Below, in pieces: positions 9,817-18,574 of a DNA stretch of 51,957 bases. The position numbers were made by a program, and so were the translations under genes. Each line of letters starts with the position of its first letter. Within the stretch, counting starts at the first letter, position 1. The notes under the pieces are model-generated. The model made no database searches. It was given only the letters and a program-made list of their open reading frames with translations, and had not been told where the DNA came from. The stretch is from positions 1-51,957 of the forward strand of contig LCKS01000003.1 in assembly GCA_001001555.1 (NCBI GenBank), in the 5' to 3' direction. This DNA comes from Candidatus Amesbacteria bacterium GW2011_GWC2_45_19 (GTDB lineage Bacteria > Patescibacteriota > Microgenomatia > CAZETR01 > Amesbacteraceae).

Positions 9817-10796
9817 ATGCTTAATTCTACATCGAAGGACTGCAAATACCTTACTGGGTGAAATCTAAGTTTATGTTGGCGGGTTCCAAACTCTGATCCT
9901 AACTCTCCATCATTGACAAATTTGGCTCCGAGTTTTTTTAACTGAGAAAAAATATGTAGGTATGTAGCATCCGATGCGCCTCTGATACCCCCTTCCTCAG
10001 ACCGGTTAATGCCTTTGAGCATATAGATAATGCCGTATTGCAAAAATTGGGGGTGCAAAAAAAAGATACTTAGGCTACAGGTAAACGACCCCACCTTTCC
10101 CAGGAGAAGATTAAGTTCAGGATGGGTATACGAGAAACTTACAAGTTTTTCCAATACAAATTTCTCTTTATCCATTTTATTTTTAGAGTACTTGTATCCT
10201 TGGACTGAATTCCAGTGTTCTATTAACTTAAAACCTACGTGTAGGTTAGAATTGTTTATTTTTTCGAAGCAAACTTTATTTGAAGTTAGTAAACGGTTTC
10301 TAGTTTGTCGAAGATGGTTAAAAGCTTGACTAGGCAGAGAAGTAAGGAGATCTAAGTCATAAATTACTTCCTCTTTAGATCTGGAAAGCACACTCACAAG
10401 AGAAAACGTCTTATGGAGAAGCATAAGATTTTTATCAAGCCAAGATTGGCTGATATTTAAAACATCAAAGCTGTGCAGATTTAAACTTGACGCAAATTGT
10501 TTGAAGTTTAGAAAAAAGGTTGGATTTTGGATATCAGCCGTAAAAAGATGGAGTTTATTATCGCGGAATATCAGTACGCTTTGCCCATGAGGGCTGTAAA
10601 TGGAGTAAATATTCGATTTAAACTTAAGATAAGATAATATATGGATCCAATTTTGCTCGAAAATTGGGTCTGGTTCGCGTGCGAATAAGTGGGATATAAA
10701 ATCAACAGTTTCCTGAGAAGGTTGGTTTAATTCAGTAAGTAAAAAGTCATTTCTGTTCGCCATGCTACTCATATAATTAAAGTTTAGATTATCCAT
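9813..10796 (-). CDS. DUF2156 / LPG-synthase C-terminal-like (aminoacyl-tRNA-dependent transferase fold) protein
   Basis: VIYDLDLLTSL...LRQTRNRL and FVNDGELGSEFGTRQHKLRFHP resemble the DUF2156 pattern (YIY...L..L.G...RN..N.F; YINREEDLG..GLRKAKLSYHP); ATG 10796 overlaps upstream stop. Confidence 0.65.
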   Translation of the reverse strand: MDNLNFNYMSSMANRNDFLLTELNQPSQETVDFISHLFAREPDPIFEQNWIHILSYLKFKSNIYSIYSPHGQSVLIFRDNKLHLFTADIQNPTFFLNFKQFASSLNLHSFDVLNISQSWLDKNLMLLHKTFSLVSVLSRSKEEVIYDLDLLTSLPSQAFNHLRQTRNRLLTSNKVCFEKINNSNLHVGFKLIEHWNSVQGYKYSKNKMDKEKFVLEKLVSFSYTHPELNLLLGKVGSFTCSLSIFFLHPQFLQYGIIYMLKGINRSEEGGIRGASDATYLHIFSQLKKLGAKFVNDGELGSEFGTRQHKLRFHPVRYLQSFDVELSI

Positions 10797-11709
10797 TTTT
10801 AATTGGATAAATAATTGGTAAGGGGTTTTGTTGATCCATACCACTATACATTCGTCCTCGCTCATAAGCACTTTCGGTCCAATACATTAATCCAGACTTG
10901 TGGAGTATTCGAAAGGTATTGCCCATAAATGCATAACTTGCAGCTAAAATTTTTGTTCGTGTAGCTACTTGATCTTCTGACCAACCTAGGTTTTCTTTAT
11001 AAAATACTAGATTTCTTAGATAAACAGCGCGGCAAATATCGGCGGGAATGGGGGGATTATCTGCGATTAAACCAAATTCGCCGATTTTGTCTGTAAACGC
11101 TTGAACTTCTGATAGCAGTTTGGTTTCAATTATTCCTTGGGAGTTTTGTGATTCGAAGATTTGTTGGAAGTCTGAATAGTTACTGGCCAGATCAGAACGG
11201 TATGCCGTATTTTTAAGGAGATTGTAGTTTTCCAAAAGGAGATCGCTGAAATAAGCAATCCCATGTGTCGGAATTATTTCGTTTGAAGCGTGGATGAAAG
11301 TTGATATTTCAGATACCATTTTTTTGGTATGACTACCAGTGGTTCCGACGTATCCAATCTCTCCGACACCTTTCTTGTATGATGGGCAAAAAACTGAGTA
11401 AACCAATAAGGGGTGGCCGGATAAAACGACATCTATTATTACTTGCTGAATTTTCTTGGAAGTAAATTTATCCCTGAATTCTAAGGAACTAGTTTTGTTT
11501 AAGAACCTCCACCATTTAAGAAGTTTACAAAGTATGGCTATGTTGGATTCGGAATAACTTGTCTTTTGATAACTGATTGGAGTTCCAACCTTTCGTTGCC
11601 GTGCAATATTAACAAGCTGACCAATCTCAGGGATTGAAACCGAATTTGAGTTTGGAAGGCAGAGTTCTACGATTTCTTTCCAGCTGAATGTATTTTTTTG
11701 ACTTAACAT
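10789..11709 (-). CDS. unknown enzyme, possibly Rossmann/HUP-like
   Basis: ORF coupled in the operon; LLVYSVFCPSY and GIAYFSDLL strand-loop motifs; ATG 11709 chosen because track start 11742 lies within the tRNA-like gene. Confidence 0.6.
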   Translation of the reverse strand: MLSQKNTFSWKEIVELCLPNSNSVSIPEIGQLVNIARQRKVGTPISYQKTSYSESNIAILCKLLKWWRFLNKTSSLEFRDKFTSKKIQQVIIDVVLSGHPLLVYSVFCPSYKKGVGEIGYVGTTGSHTKKMVSEISTFIHASNEIIPTHGIAYFSDLLLENYNLLKNTAYRSDLASNYSDFQQIFESQNSQGIIETKLLSEVQAFTDKIGEFGLIADNPPIPADICRAVYLRNLVFYKENLGWSEDQVATRTKILAASYAFMGNTFRILHKSGLMYWTESAYERGRMYSGMDQQNPLPIIYPIKNG

Positions 11710-11718
11710 AAGTTCAGG

Positions 11719-11791
11719 AGCCCGGGGGTGGACTTGAACCATCGTCCTCTTGTAAACGAAACAAGCGCTCTCTCTGCTGAGCTACCCGGGC
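11719..11791 (-). tRNA. atypical tRNA-Thr(CGT)-like gene
   Basis: Cloverleaf GCCCGGG TA GCTC AGCAGAGA GAGC G CTTGT TTCGTTT ACAAG AGGAC GATGG TTCAAGT CCACC CCCGGGC T; no G18G19, U37/U38, A50-C64 mismatch, CCA not encoded. Confidence 0.8.
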
Positions 11792-12459
11792 TTATTTGAA
11801 TTGAATCTAAAAATGGTTGATAGTTGGTCTGCTATTTTGTCTTGACTCTGCAATCCATCTATTTCTACCACATCTGATACTAGGTTGCGAAGAATAGGGA
11901 GAGTTTGGCTCATGTAGTCGTCAAAATCGTGGAAGCGTCTACTTAAAACTTCTGGAGAGTCATCTTCTCTTTGGGTTAATTTAATTAAACAATTTGGACA
12001 AGTGGGGCAAGAGAGAGATTTGCTGTCATGCATAGAAAATGTTTTCTGGCAATGGGGGCAAATTCGTCTACTCTCAGCGCGTTTTACGGCTTCATCAAGT
12101 GTGATACTAATAATAGCCACAGATCCGAGTTTAAGCCTGTGTTCCCTCGCAAGTTTTTCGAAGCTGTGTGCTTCACGGCCATATTTAGGATATCCGTCAA
12201 GAACGGCGATTGATGTGTTTGTTGTTAGTATGTGGGTTCGCAAAGTTTGGGTGATAAGTTCGGGCGGATATTCTTTAATTGCTTCAAGATAACTTTTAAG
12301 TTGTAAGCCCAGAGCTGAACCGCTGTTGATTTCATTTCGAGTAATATTTCCCACCGAAATGTAAGTCACGTCAGATTTATTAGCTAAATGTTGCATTGCT
12401 TCAGTTTTACCGCTGCATGGTCTACCGTAGATGAAGTGGAAAATTGTCTTCCTTTCCAT
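11782..12459 (-). CDS. adenylate/nucleoside monophosphate kinase family protein
   Basis: GRPCSGKT P-loop, LDGYPK, Zn lid CPHC...CPTC, QREDD. Confidence 0.85.
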   Translation of the reverse strand: MERKTIFHFIYGRPCSGKTEAMQHLANKSDVTYISVGNITRNEINSGSALGLQLKSYLEAIKEYPPELITQTLRTHILTTNTSIAVLDGYPKYGREAHSFEKLAREHRLKLGSVAIISITLDEAVKRAESRRICPHCQKTFSMHDSKSLSCPTCPNCLIKLTQREDDSPEVLSRRFHDFDDYMSQTLPILRNLVSDVVEIDGLQSQDKIADQLSTIFRFNSNKPG

Positions 12460-12504
12460 AGATAAGTTTTGCTATATAGCAAGTTGGGATTACAGTTACG
12501 GACA

Positions 12505-13143
12505 TTATATTACATTCAAAGCGGAAGCGGCGGCGGCGGATTCGGCCCGCTGTTTGCTATTCCCCTGGCCAGAGGCCAGCTTGCGGGAGCCAATAAAGAC
12601 GGCCACGGTAAACTCCCGCGCATGATCCGGGCCGCTGGTAGTGATGGTTTTGTATCGGGGAGTAGCGAATCCTTTGGCCTGGGCTTTTTCTTGAAGGAGG
12701 GATTTGGGATCTTTGACTTGGGAGGGAGACATGTTTAAAAGCTCGGGGTCGGGAAAAATTTCGGTCAGATATTTTTCGCAGGTCGATAGGCCTTTTTCCA
12801 GATACAGGGCGCCGAGAACGGCTTCGAAAGTATTGGCTAAGAGACTGGTGTTGGTGCGGCCTCCGGATTGTTCCTCGCCGGTACTTAATAACAATTTTTG
12901 GTCCAATTTAAGTTCTTTGGCTTTGGTGGCCAATGTCGAAGTTTGGACTAAAAACGAGCGGCGGGCAGTGAGCTGGCCCTCGGGCAAATCCGGCAGCAGC
13001 TGGTACAACCGGCTGGAGATGATAAGAGAGAGAATGGAATCCCCCAAGAATTCCAGGCGTTCATTGGAGGCGGCGCCGGGATGTTCGTTGACGTATGAGC
13101 GGTGGACGAAAGCTTGTTTAGAAGGGGGCATCATCTTCTTCAA
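12505..13143 (-). CDS. rnc: ribonuclease III
   Basis: NERLEFLGDSIL, FEAVLGALY, DPKSLLQE dsRBD. Confidence 0.95.
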   Translation of the reverse strand: MKKMMPPSKQAFVHRSYVNEHPGAASNERLEFLGDSILSLIISSRLYQLLPDLPEGQLTARRSFLVQTSTLATKAKELKLDQKLLLSTGEEQSGGRTNTSLLANTFEAVLGALYLEKGLSTCEKYLTEIFPDPELLNMSPSQVKDPKSLLQEKAQAKGFATPRYKTITTSGPDHAREFTVAVFIGSRKLASGQGNSKQRAESAAAASALNVI

Positions 13144-13357
13144 AGAGTTCTAATAAATTGCCGATAGTGGCGATGGCGGGCACTTTATCTTCAGGAAGAA
13201 TCACACCCAGAGATTCCTGGAGACGCTGGAGAAGATCCGTCAGTTGTTCGGCAGTTAGCCCCAGATCCGTGGTGAAACTGGTATCTGGATTGAGGTGGTC
13301 CGGGTCCAGCTGGAATTCATTGGCTAGGAACTGGATGATGGCGGGAGCGACTTGCAT
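13118..13357 (-). CDS. acyl carrier protein-like protein lacking the DSL serine
   Basis: Acidic 79 aa, DTSFTTDLGL...ESLGVILPED...IATIGNL; located between nusB and rnc. Confidence 0.75.
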   Translation of the reverse strand: MQVAPAIIQFLANEFQLDPDHLNPDTSFTTDLGLTAEQLTDLLQRLQESLGVILPEDKVPAIATIGNLLELFEEDDAPF

Positions 13358-13668
13358 ATAGTGCCGAGGACGCCGTTAACAAAGCCGGGACTAGCTGAAC
13401 CTCCGAATTGCTTAGCCAATTCCACAGCTTCGTCTATAATAACCTTGAGAGGGGCCTTTTTGTCAACAGTCAATTCCCACATAGCCAGGCGAAGAATAGC
13501 CAGGTCGATGGCGTTTAGTTTTTCCAGTGGCCACTCGGGGGCGGCGGCGGCAATGAGATGATCAGAGCTTTTAAATTTGGCGGGAACTTTGTTGCGAAAT
13601 GAAGCGGTAAATAACTGCTGCACTAACTTCTCTCTCTTTCTGTGCCGGGGGTCAAACGCGGTTTTCAT
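13324..13668 (-). CDS. nusB: transcription antitermination factor NusB
   Basis: IDLAILRLA, IDEAVELAKQFG, FVNGVL. Confidence 0.93.
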   Translation of the reverse strand: MKTAFDPRHRKREKLVQQLFTASFRNKVPAKFKSSDHLIAAAAPEWPLEKLNAIDLAILRLAMWELTVDKKAPLKVIIDEAVELAKQFGGSASPGFVNGVLGTICKSLPPSSSS

Positions 13669-13787
13669 AAAGAGAGTATATCAGGTTTGATCGGTGTTCC
13701 ACTAAACACCGAAACTTTAGCCTCAAAAATAACGTTAATCCCATTTTCCCGCGGCCGCGAAAAAAGCGGATTAACACAACACCACTA

Positions 13788-13958
13788 TCATTTGATCTTT
13801 TTACTCTTGTAGAAGCCGCAGTGGGGGCAGACGATGTGGGGGCGGGTGGGCTGGTGACAATTGGAACAGGAGATCAGTTGAGGCAGAACCAGCCGGTGGG
13901 TGGCCCGGCGTTTGCCCTGGCGGCGGGTAGAATGGCGGCGTTTTTGTAAGGGAGTCAT
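13788..13958 (-). CDS. rpmF: 50S ribosomal protein L32
   Basis: Below track cut-off; MTPLQKRRHSTRRQGKRR...CSNC...PHIVCPHCGFY. Confidence 0.92.
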   Translation of the reverse strand: MTPLQKRRHSTRRQGKRRATHRLVLPQLISCSNCHQPTRPHIVCPHCGFYKSKKIK

Positions 13959-15883
13959 GCAGGAATAATTTTATCTTTTTCTACCAGCTCTTTCAATAAG
14001 GGAAGTTTATCCAGGTCAGGCAGGAGCTTTTCGGCGGCGGCGCGGGCGGCGGGAATGAGGGAAAAATCCTCATACTTGGCGATTTTAAAATTGGTCAGGC
14101 CGTGCTGGGAAGTGCCGTAGATATCACCGGCTCCGCGTAATTTAAGATCGATTTCGGCCAGTTCGGCGCCCGAGTGGTGAGTTTCCAGGGCCTTGAGGCG
14201 GGGCGAGGGAATGTCTGAAAATAATAGGCAGTATGATTGGACATTACTTCTGCCCACCCGGCCCCGCAGCTGGTGCAGCTGGGCCAGACCGAAACGTTCG
14301 GCGCCTTCGATGACCATAATAGTCGCGGTGGGAATGTCCAGGCCTACTTCGACTACCGGAGTGGCCACTAAAATGCCATACTCCCCTGCCCTGAACTTGG
14401 CTATAACCTGCTCTTTGTCTTTGGGTTTTAGTTTGCCGTGAAGTAAACCTAGTTTGGAATCCGAAAATATTTTTTCTAATTTAGTAAATTCTGCTTTGGC
14501 AGCTTTGACCGTAGTTAAAGATTCACTTTCCTCTATGAACGGACAAACTACAAAGATTTGAGATTTGAGATTTGAGATTTGAGATTTTATCCAGTTGTAA
14601 GCCGCTTCCCGCTTGGATTCGGGGACGACCCAGGTTTTGACGGGAATGCGGCCGGGGACGGAGTCCAAGATAGACAGGTCTAAGTCGCCATAGAGAGTGA
14701 GGGCGACGGTGCGGGGAATAGGGGTGGCGGTCATGGTTAATATGTGGGGAGAGTCGCCTTTGGCAGCAGCCAGGGCGCGTTGAGCCACGCCGAAGCGATG
14801 CTGCTCGTCGATAACAACTAGACCAACTTTATCTAATTGAAGTTTGTCTGACAGAAGAGCATGTGTCCCCACTAAAATTTTAAATTTTAAATTTGAAATT
14901 TTAAATTGTGAGGTTACGAGACCGATGTCAACGCCAAAAGGTTTGAAAAGAGATGATAAAGTCTGATGATGCTGGGAAGCTAGTATCTGGGTAGGGGCCA
15001 AAAGAAGAGTTTGCAAGCCGTTGAGATGAGCGATATAAGCGGCGATGGCGGCCACCACTGTTTTACCAGATCCCACGTCACCCTCTAGAAGCCGGTTCAT
15101 GGGATGCGTTTCGGATAGATCGGATAATATTTCTTTGATAGCTTGATTTTGGGAGGAAGTGAGGGTAAAAGGCAGGTTGGCTATAAACTGCAGGACTTTT
15201 TCTTGGTCCACGGTAAAAGGGTGAGACAGCTGGGTAGATTGCCATTCCTGTTTGTGTTTGAGGGCTGACAGTTGCAGTAAAAACAGCTCATCAAAAGCCA
15301 AATTTTTTTTAGCAGGCTCCACCAGTTCCGGTGAATAGGGGAGATGAACTTGATGGAGAGCGGCCGAATGCAGAGGGGAAATATCAGGAAGAGAAGTCAG
15401 GACGTTTTGGATTTTGGCCCGCAGCCATTTGGATGACAATCCGGCGGTTTCCGGATAAATTGGCACAAGCCCGGCCGAACTTTCTCCAATTTCATACTCC
15501 GGGGAGATTAAGGCGGGTTTGCGGTTAAAAAAATCTACCTTGCCGTATAAAGTAACTTGATCACCATCAGAAAAAACCTGGGACAAATACATCTGGTTGA
15601 ACCAGATGACGGGTAAGGTTCCGGAGCTGTCGGTAACTGTGGCGGTCTGCAGGCGCTTGCCGTTTTTGGTAAAAACATTGATGACCCGGCTGATGCGGCC
15701 AATGATGGTTAAGGTCTCCCCTACTTGGACGGCCGCGGCGGGACTGATTAAGCGGCGGTCTTGGTAACGGAAAGGCAGGTGATACAGCAGATCGAAGACA
15801 GTATAGATATCTAGCTTGGCCAATTTTTTGGCCATGATAGTGCCCACGCCGGTGATTGATGTGACGGGTGAGGTGAGGTTCAT
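13955..15883 (-). CDS. recG: ATP-dependent DNA helicase RecG
   Basis: EGDVGSGKT, DEQHRFG, MTATPIPRT, QLRGRVGR. Confidence 0.96.
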   Translation of the reverse strand: MNLTSPVTSITGVGTIMAKKLAKLDIYTVFDLLYHLPFRYQDRRLISPAAAVQVGETLTIIGRISRVINVFTKNGKRLQTATVTDSSGTLPVIWFNQMYLSQVFSDGDQVTLYGKVDFFNRKPALISPEYEIGESSAGLVPIYPETAGLSSKWLRAKIQNVLTSLPDISPLHSAALHQVHLPYSPELVEPAKKNLAFDELFLLQLSALKHKQEWQSTQLSHPFTVDQEKVLQFIANLPFTLTSSQNQAIKEILSDLSETHPMNRLLEGDVGSGKTVVAAIAAYIAHLNGLQTLLLAPTQILASQHHQTLSSLFKPFGVDIGLVTSQFKISNLKFKILVGTHALLSDKLQLDKVGLVVIDEQHRFGVAQRALAAAKGDSPHILTMTATPIPRTVALTLYGDLDLSILDSVPGRIPVKTWVVPESKREAAYNWIKSQISNLKSQIFVVCPFIEESESLTTVKAAKAEFTKLEKIFSDSKLGLLHGKLKPKDKEQVIAKFRAGEYGILVATPVVEVGLDIPTATIMVIEGAERFGLAQLHQLRGRVGRSNVQSYCLLFSDIPSPRLKALETHHSGAELAEIDLKLRGAGDIYGTSQHGLTNFKIAKYEDFSLIPAARAAAEKLLPDLDKLPLLKELVEKDKIIPA

Positions 15884-15981
15884 CTGATGATATACGGCAA
15901 TATTGTTCCCAAAATGAGAGCCAGAGACGAGATGATGATCAGAATGGTCCAGATTTTTCTTTGTTTGCGGTTTAAGATCAT
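15880..15981 (-). CDS. 33-aa single-TM small protein
   Basis: MILNRKQRKIWTILIIISSLALILGTILPYIIR; ATGA overlap with recG; TATAAT 7 nt upstream. Confidence 0.65.
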   Translation of the reverse strand: MILNRKQRKIWTILIIISSLALILGTILPYIIR

Positions 15982-15998
15982 ATAGAATATTATAGCTT
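15982..15998. promoter_or_regulatory. back-to-back -10 boxes in a 17-bp divergent gap
   Basis: TAGAAT 15983-15988 (+) and TATAAT 15989-15994 (-). Confidence 0.55.
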
Positions 15999-18230
15999 AT
16001 GATGTTGAGGCGGGTGAGAGGGTGGAGGTCGCGGGTGGGGGTGACGCTGGCAGGCTTGGTTTTTGCAGGAGTAGTGATGGGAATGGTCGGGATCTTGGGG
16101 CTATTTGCTTATTACGCTAAAGATTTGCCAAACCCGGACAAGATCGTGCGGCGGGAGGGATTTGCCACCAAGATTTACGATAGAAATGGGAAACTGTTGT
16201 ATGATGTGTTTTCCGGAGCCAGGCGCAACCCGGTGGATATTAATCAGGTGCCGCTGACGGTCAAACAGGCCACGATTGCCATTGAAGACAAGAATTTTTA
16301 TAAACACGGCGGGTTTGACGTGGGAGGAATTTTGCGGGGGGCCTTCAGAAGTATATTTTTGGGCAGACTTCAAGGAGGATCGACGTTGACCCAACAATTA
16401 GTAAAGAACGTTTTATTGACGCGGCAAAGAACTATCACCCGCAAACTGAAAGAATTTATTTTGACGGTCCAGGTGGAACGCAAATACACCAAAGACCAGA
16501 TATTGCAGATGTATTTGAATGAGGCGCCTTACGGAGGGACGGCCTGGGGAATTGCCACGGCGGCGGATATGTATTTTGGCAAATCTGTAGATCAGTTGTC
16601 CTTACCGGAGGCGGTGATTCTGGCGGGATTGCCCCAATCGCCCAGCCGGTATTCGCCGGACGCGGGAACGCTGTACGTGGACCGAGGCAAGGAAGTGTTG
16701 CGGCGGATGCGGGAGGACGAATATATTACCAGGAGTCAGGAGTTAGAAGTTAGTAGTCAGTTGGTAAAAGTGCAGTTTGCCACCCAGTCAGGACTGCTTA
16801 AAGCTCCGCATTTTGTGTTTTACGTAAAAGACCAGTTAATTGCCAGATATGGGGAAAAGCAGGTGGAGGAAGGAGGATTGCGGGTGACAACGACTTTGGA
16901 CTTGGGATTGCAGGAAACTGCCCAGGCGGCGGTGACGGAAGAAGTAGGTAAAGTAAAAAATCTGAAAATTTCTAACGGGGTAGCCGTGGTTATTGATCCT
17001 AAAACGGGGCAAATTCTGGCCATGGTAGGCAGCAAAGGCTGGAGCGATCCCACTTATGACGGGAAGTTTAACGTGACGACGGCTAGCCGCCAGCCGGGAT
17101 CGGCTATCAAACCGGTGGTGTATTTGACGGGATTGCGCAAGGGCTATACGGCGTCCACGTTGCTCATGGATACGAAAACTTCTTTTCCGGGGGGAGATAA
17201 ACCGGAATATGTGCCGGAAAATTATGACGGGAAATTCAGAGGACCGATATTGGTAAGAGAAGCCTTGGGAAATTCCATTAACGTGCCGGCGGTCAAGATG
17301 CTGTCGCTGGTAGGAATAAAAGACATGCTGGAAGTGGCCTATGACATGGGGTTGACGACGCTTAAACCCACGGCGGAGACTTTGGCCCGGGTAGGATTGT
17401 CCGTAGCTTTGGGTGGAGGGGAGGTAAAGCCGCTGGAACTGGTGAGTGCGTATAGCGCTTTTGCCAACGGCGGCCAGCGGGTGGAGCCGGTGGCCATTTT
17501 GCAGGTGACGGACGGACAGGGGCGGGTGCTGGAAGAATGGAGGGATGGGTTTCATCGACAGGTGGCCATGCCTGAAGAAGCCTTTATTATTTCCTCGATT
17601 TTGTCTGATTCGAAAGCCCGGGACATCACATTTGGTCCCCGGTCGCTCATTAATATTCCCGGGCGGACGATTGCGGTCAAAACCGGAACGACCAATGACA
17701 AGCGGGACAACTGGACCGTCGGTTGGACGCCGTCGGTGGTGGTGGGGGTGTGGGTGGGGAACAACGATAATTCGTCGATGAAAGAAGTGGCCAGCGGCGT
17801 AACCGGGGCGGCGCCTATTTGGCGCAGAATAATTTTGCAGGCTTTGAAAGATAAGGGGGATGAACCGTTTGCTGTTCCTGGTGGAATAGTGGCTTTAGAA
17901 GTGGACAAGATTTCAGGTTACCGGGCCCATGACGGCTTTGAGGCTAAACAGGAATATTTTATTAAGGGCACGGAGCCGACGGCGGACGATCCAATACACA
18001 AAAAGGTTAAGAATTGCGCCGGGGAAGAAAAAGAATATTACTTTTTCAAAGAAGAAGACCCCAAGTGGCAAGAGGGAATACTAAATTGGTTAAAAGACCA
18101 AGGTGATGAGAAATATCATCCGCCGACCGAACCCTGCCCGTCCCCTACTCCAACTCCCCAGCCTTCGCCTACGGCTACGGCGGGCACAGCGACGCCCACA
18201 CCGGAACCAACACCGTCTCCCACTCCATAA
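15999..18230 (+). CDS. class A penicillin-binding protein (PBP1A family)
   Basis: EDKNFY, GGSTLTQQLVKN, SAIK, SIN, KTGT; PT-rich tail. Confidence 0.95.
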   Translation: MMLRRVRGWRSRVGVTLAGLVFAGVVMGMVGILGLFAYYAKDLPNPDKIVRREGFATKIYDRNGKLLYDVFSGARRNPVDINQVPLTVKQATIAIEDKNFYKHGGFDVGGILRGAFRSIFLGRLQGGSTLTQQLVKNVLLTRQRTITRKLKEFILTVQVERKYTKDQILQMYLNEAPYGGTAWGIATAADMYFGKSVDQLSLPEAVILAGLPQSPSRYSPDAGTLYVDRGKEVLRRMREDEYITRSQELEVSSQLVKVQFATQSGLLKAPHFVFYVKDQLIARYGEKQVEEGGLRVTTTLDLGLQETAQAAVTEEVGKVKNLKISNGVAVVIDPKTGQILAMVGSKGWSDPTYDGKFNVTTASRQPGSAIKPVVYLTGLRKGYTASTLLMDTKTSFPGGDKPEYVPENYDGKFRGPILVREALGNSINVPAVKMLSLVGIKDMLEVAYDMGLTTLKPTAETLARVGLSVALGGGEVKPLELVSAYSAFANGGQRVEPVAILQVTDGQGRVLEEWRDGFHRQVAMPEEAFIISSILSDSKARDITFGPRSLINIPGRTIAVKTGTTNDKRDNWTVGWTPSVVVGVWVGNNDNSSMKEVASGVTGAAPIWRRIILQALKDKGDEPFAVPGGIVALEVDKISGYRAHDGFEAKQEYFIKGTEPTADDPIHKKVKNCAGEEKEYYFFKEEDPKWQEGILNWLKDQGDEKYHPPTEPCPSPTPTPQPSPTATAGTATPTPEPTPSPTP

Positions 18231-18256
18231 TTGACAAGGTTGTTACAATGGATTGA

Positions 18257-18574
18257 GTGACAAGGAGACAATTTCCCACTGCTGGCACCGCGGGCGGCTT
18301 GCATCACGAGCGGGCAAGTTTCAGGTCGGGGTGGGGCAAAGCGGGAGAATTAATCAAGAGCAGAGTGTATCACGGAGATATGCCGGCGGAAGATGCCCTC
18401 CTTTTAATTAGATGGTATTCTATTAGAACGGCTCTGTTTTGGGAAGGAGACAGGGATGAATTTAAGCAAAAGGAGAAGGAGTTTAACGCAGCTATTCCCG
18501 AGAATGCCTCGAATGAGTTGTTTAATGCTTTGAGATTGATTACGGGGTACATGAACCGGAATGGCACTAAATGA
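18257..18574 (+). CDS. hypothetical protein
   Basis: Fills the gap; GTG start 7 nt after TGnTACAAT. Confidence 0.5.
   Translation: MTRRQFPTAGTAGGLHHERASFRSGWGKAGELIKSRVYHGDMPAEDALLLIRWYSIRTALFWEGDRDEFKQKEKEFNAAIPENASNELFNALRLITGYMNRNGTK

Noticed and set aside
11719-11791. tRNA-like gene as the integration site of the AT-rich island
   Set aside because: It lies inside the operon rather than at an edge; no duplicated end or integrase seen nearby
18120-18227. Low-complexity repeat at the PBP 3' end
   Set aside because: Ordinary Pro/Thr-rich protein tail
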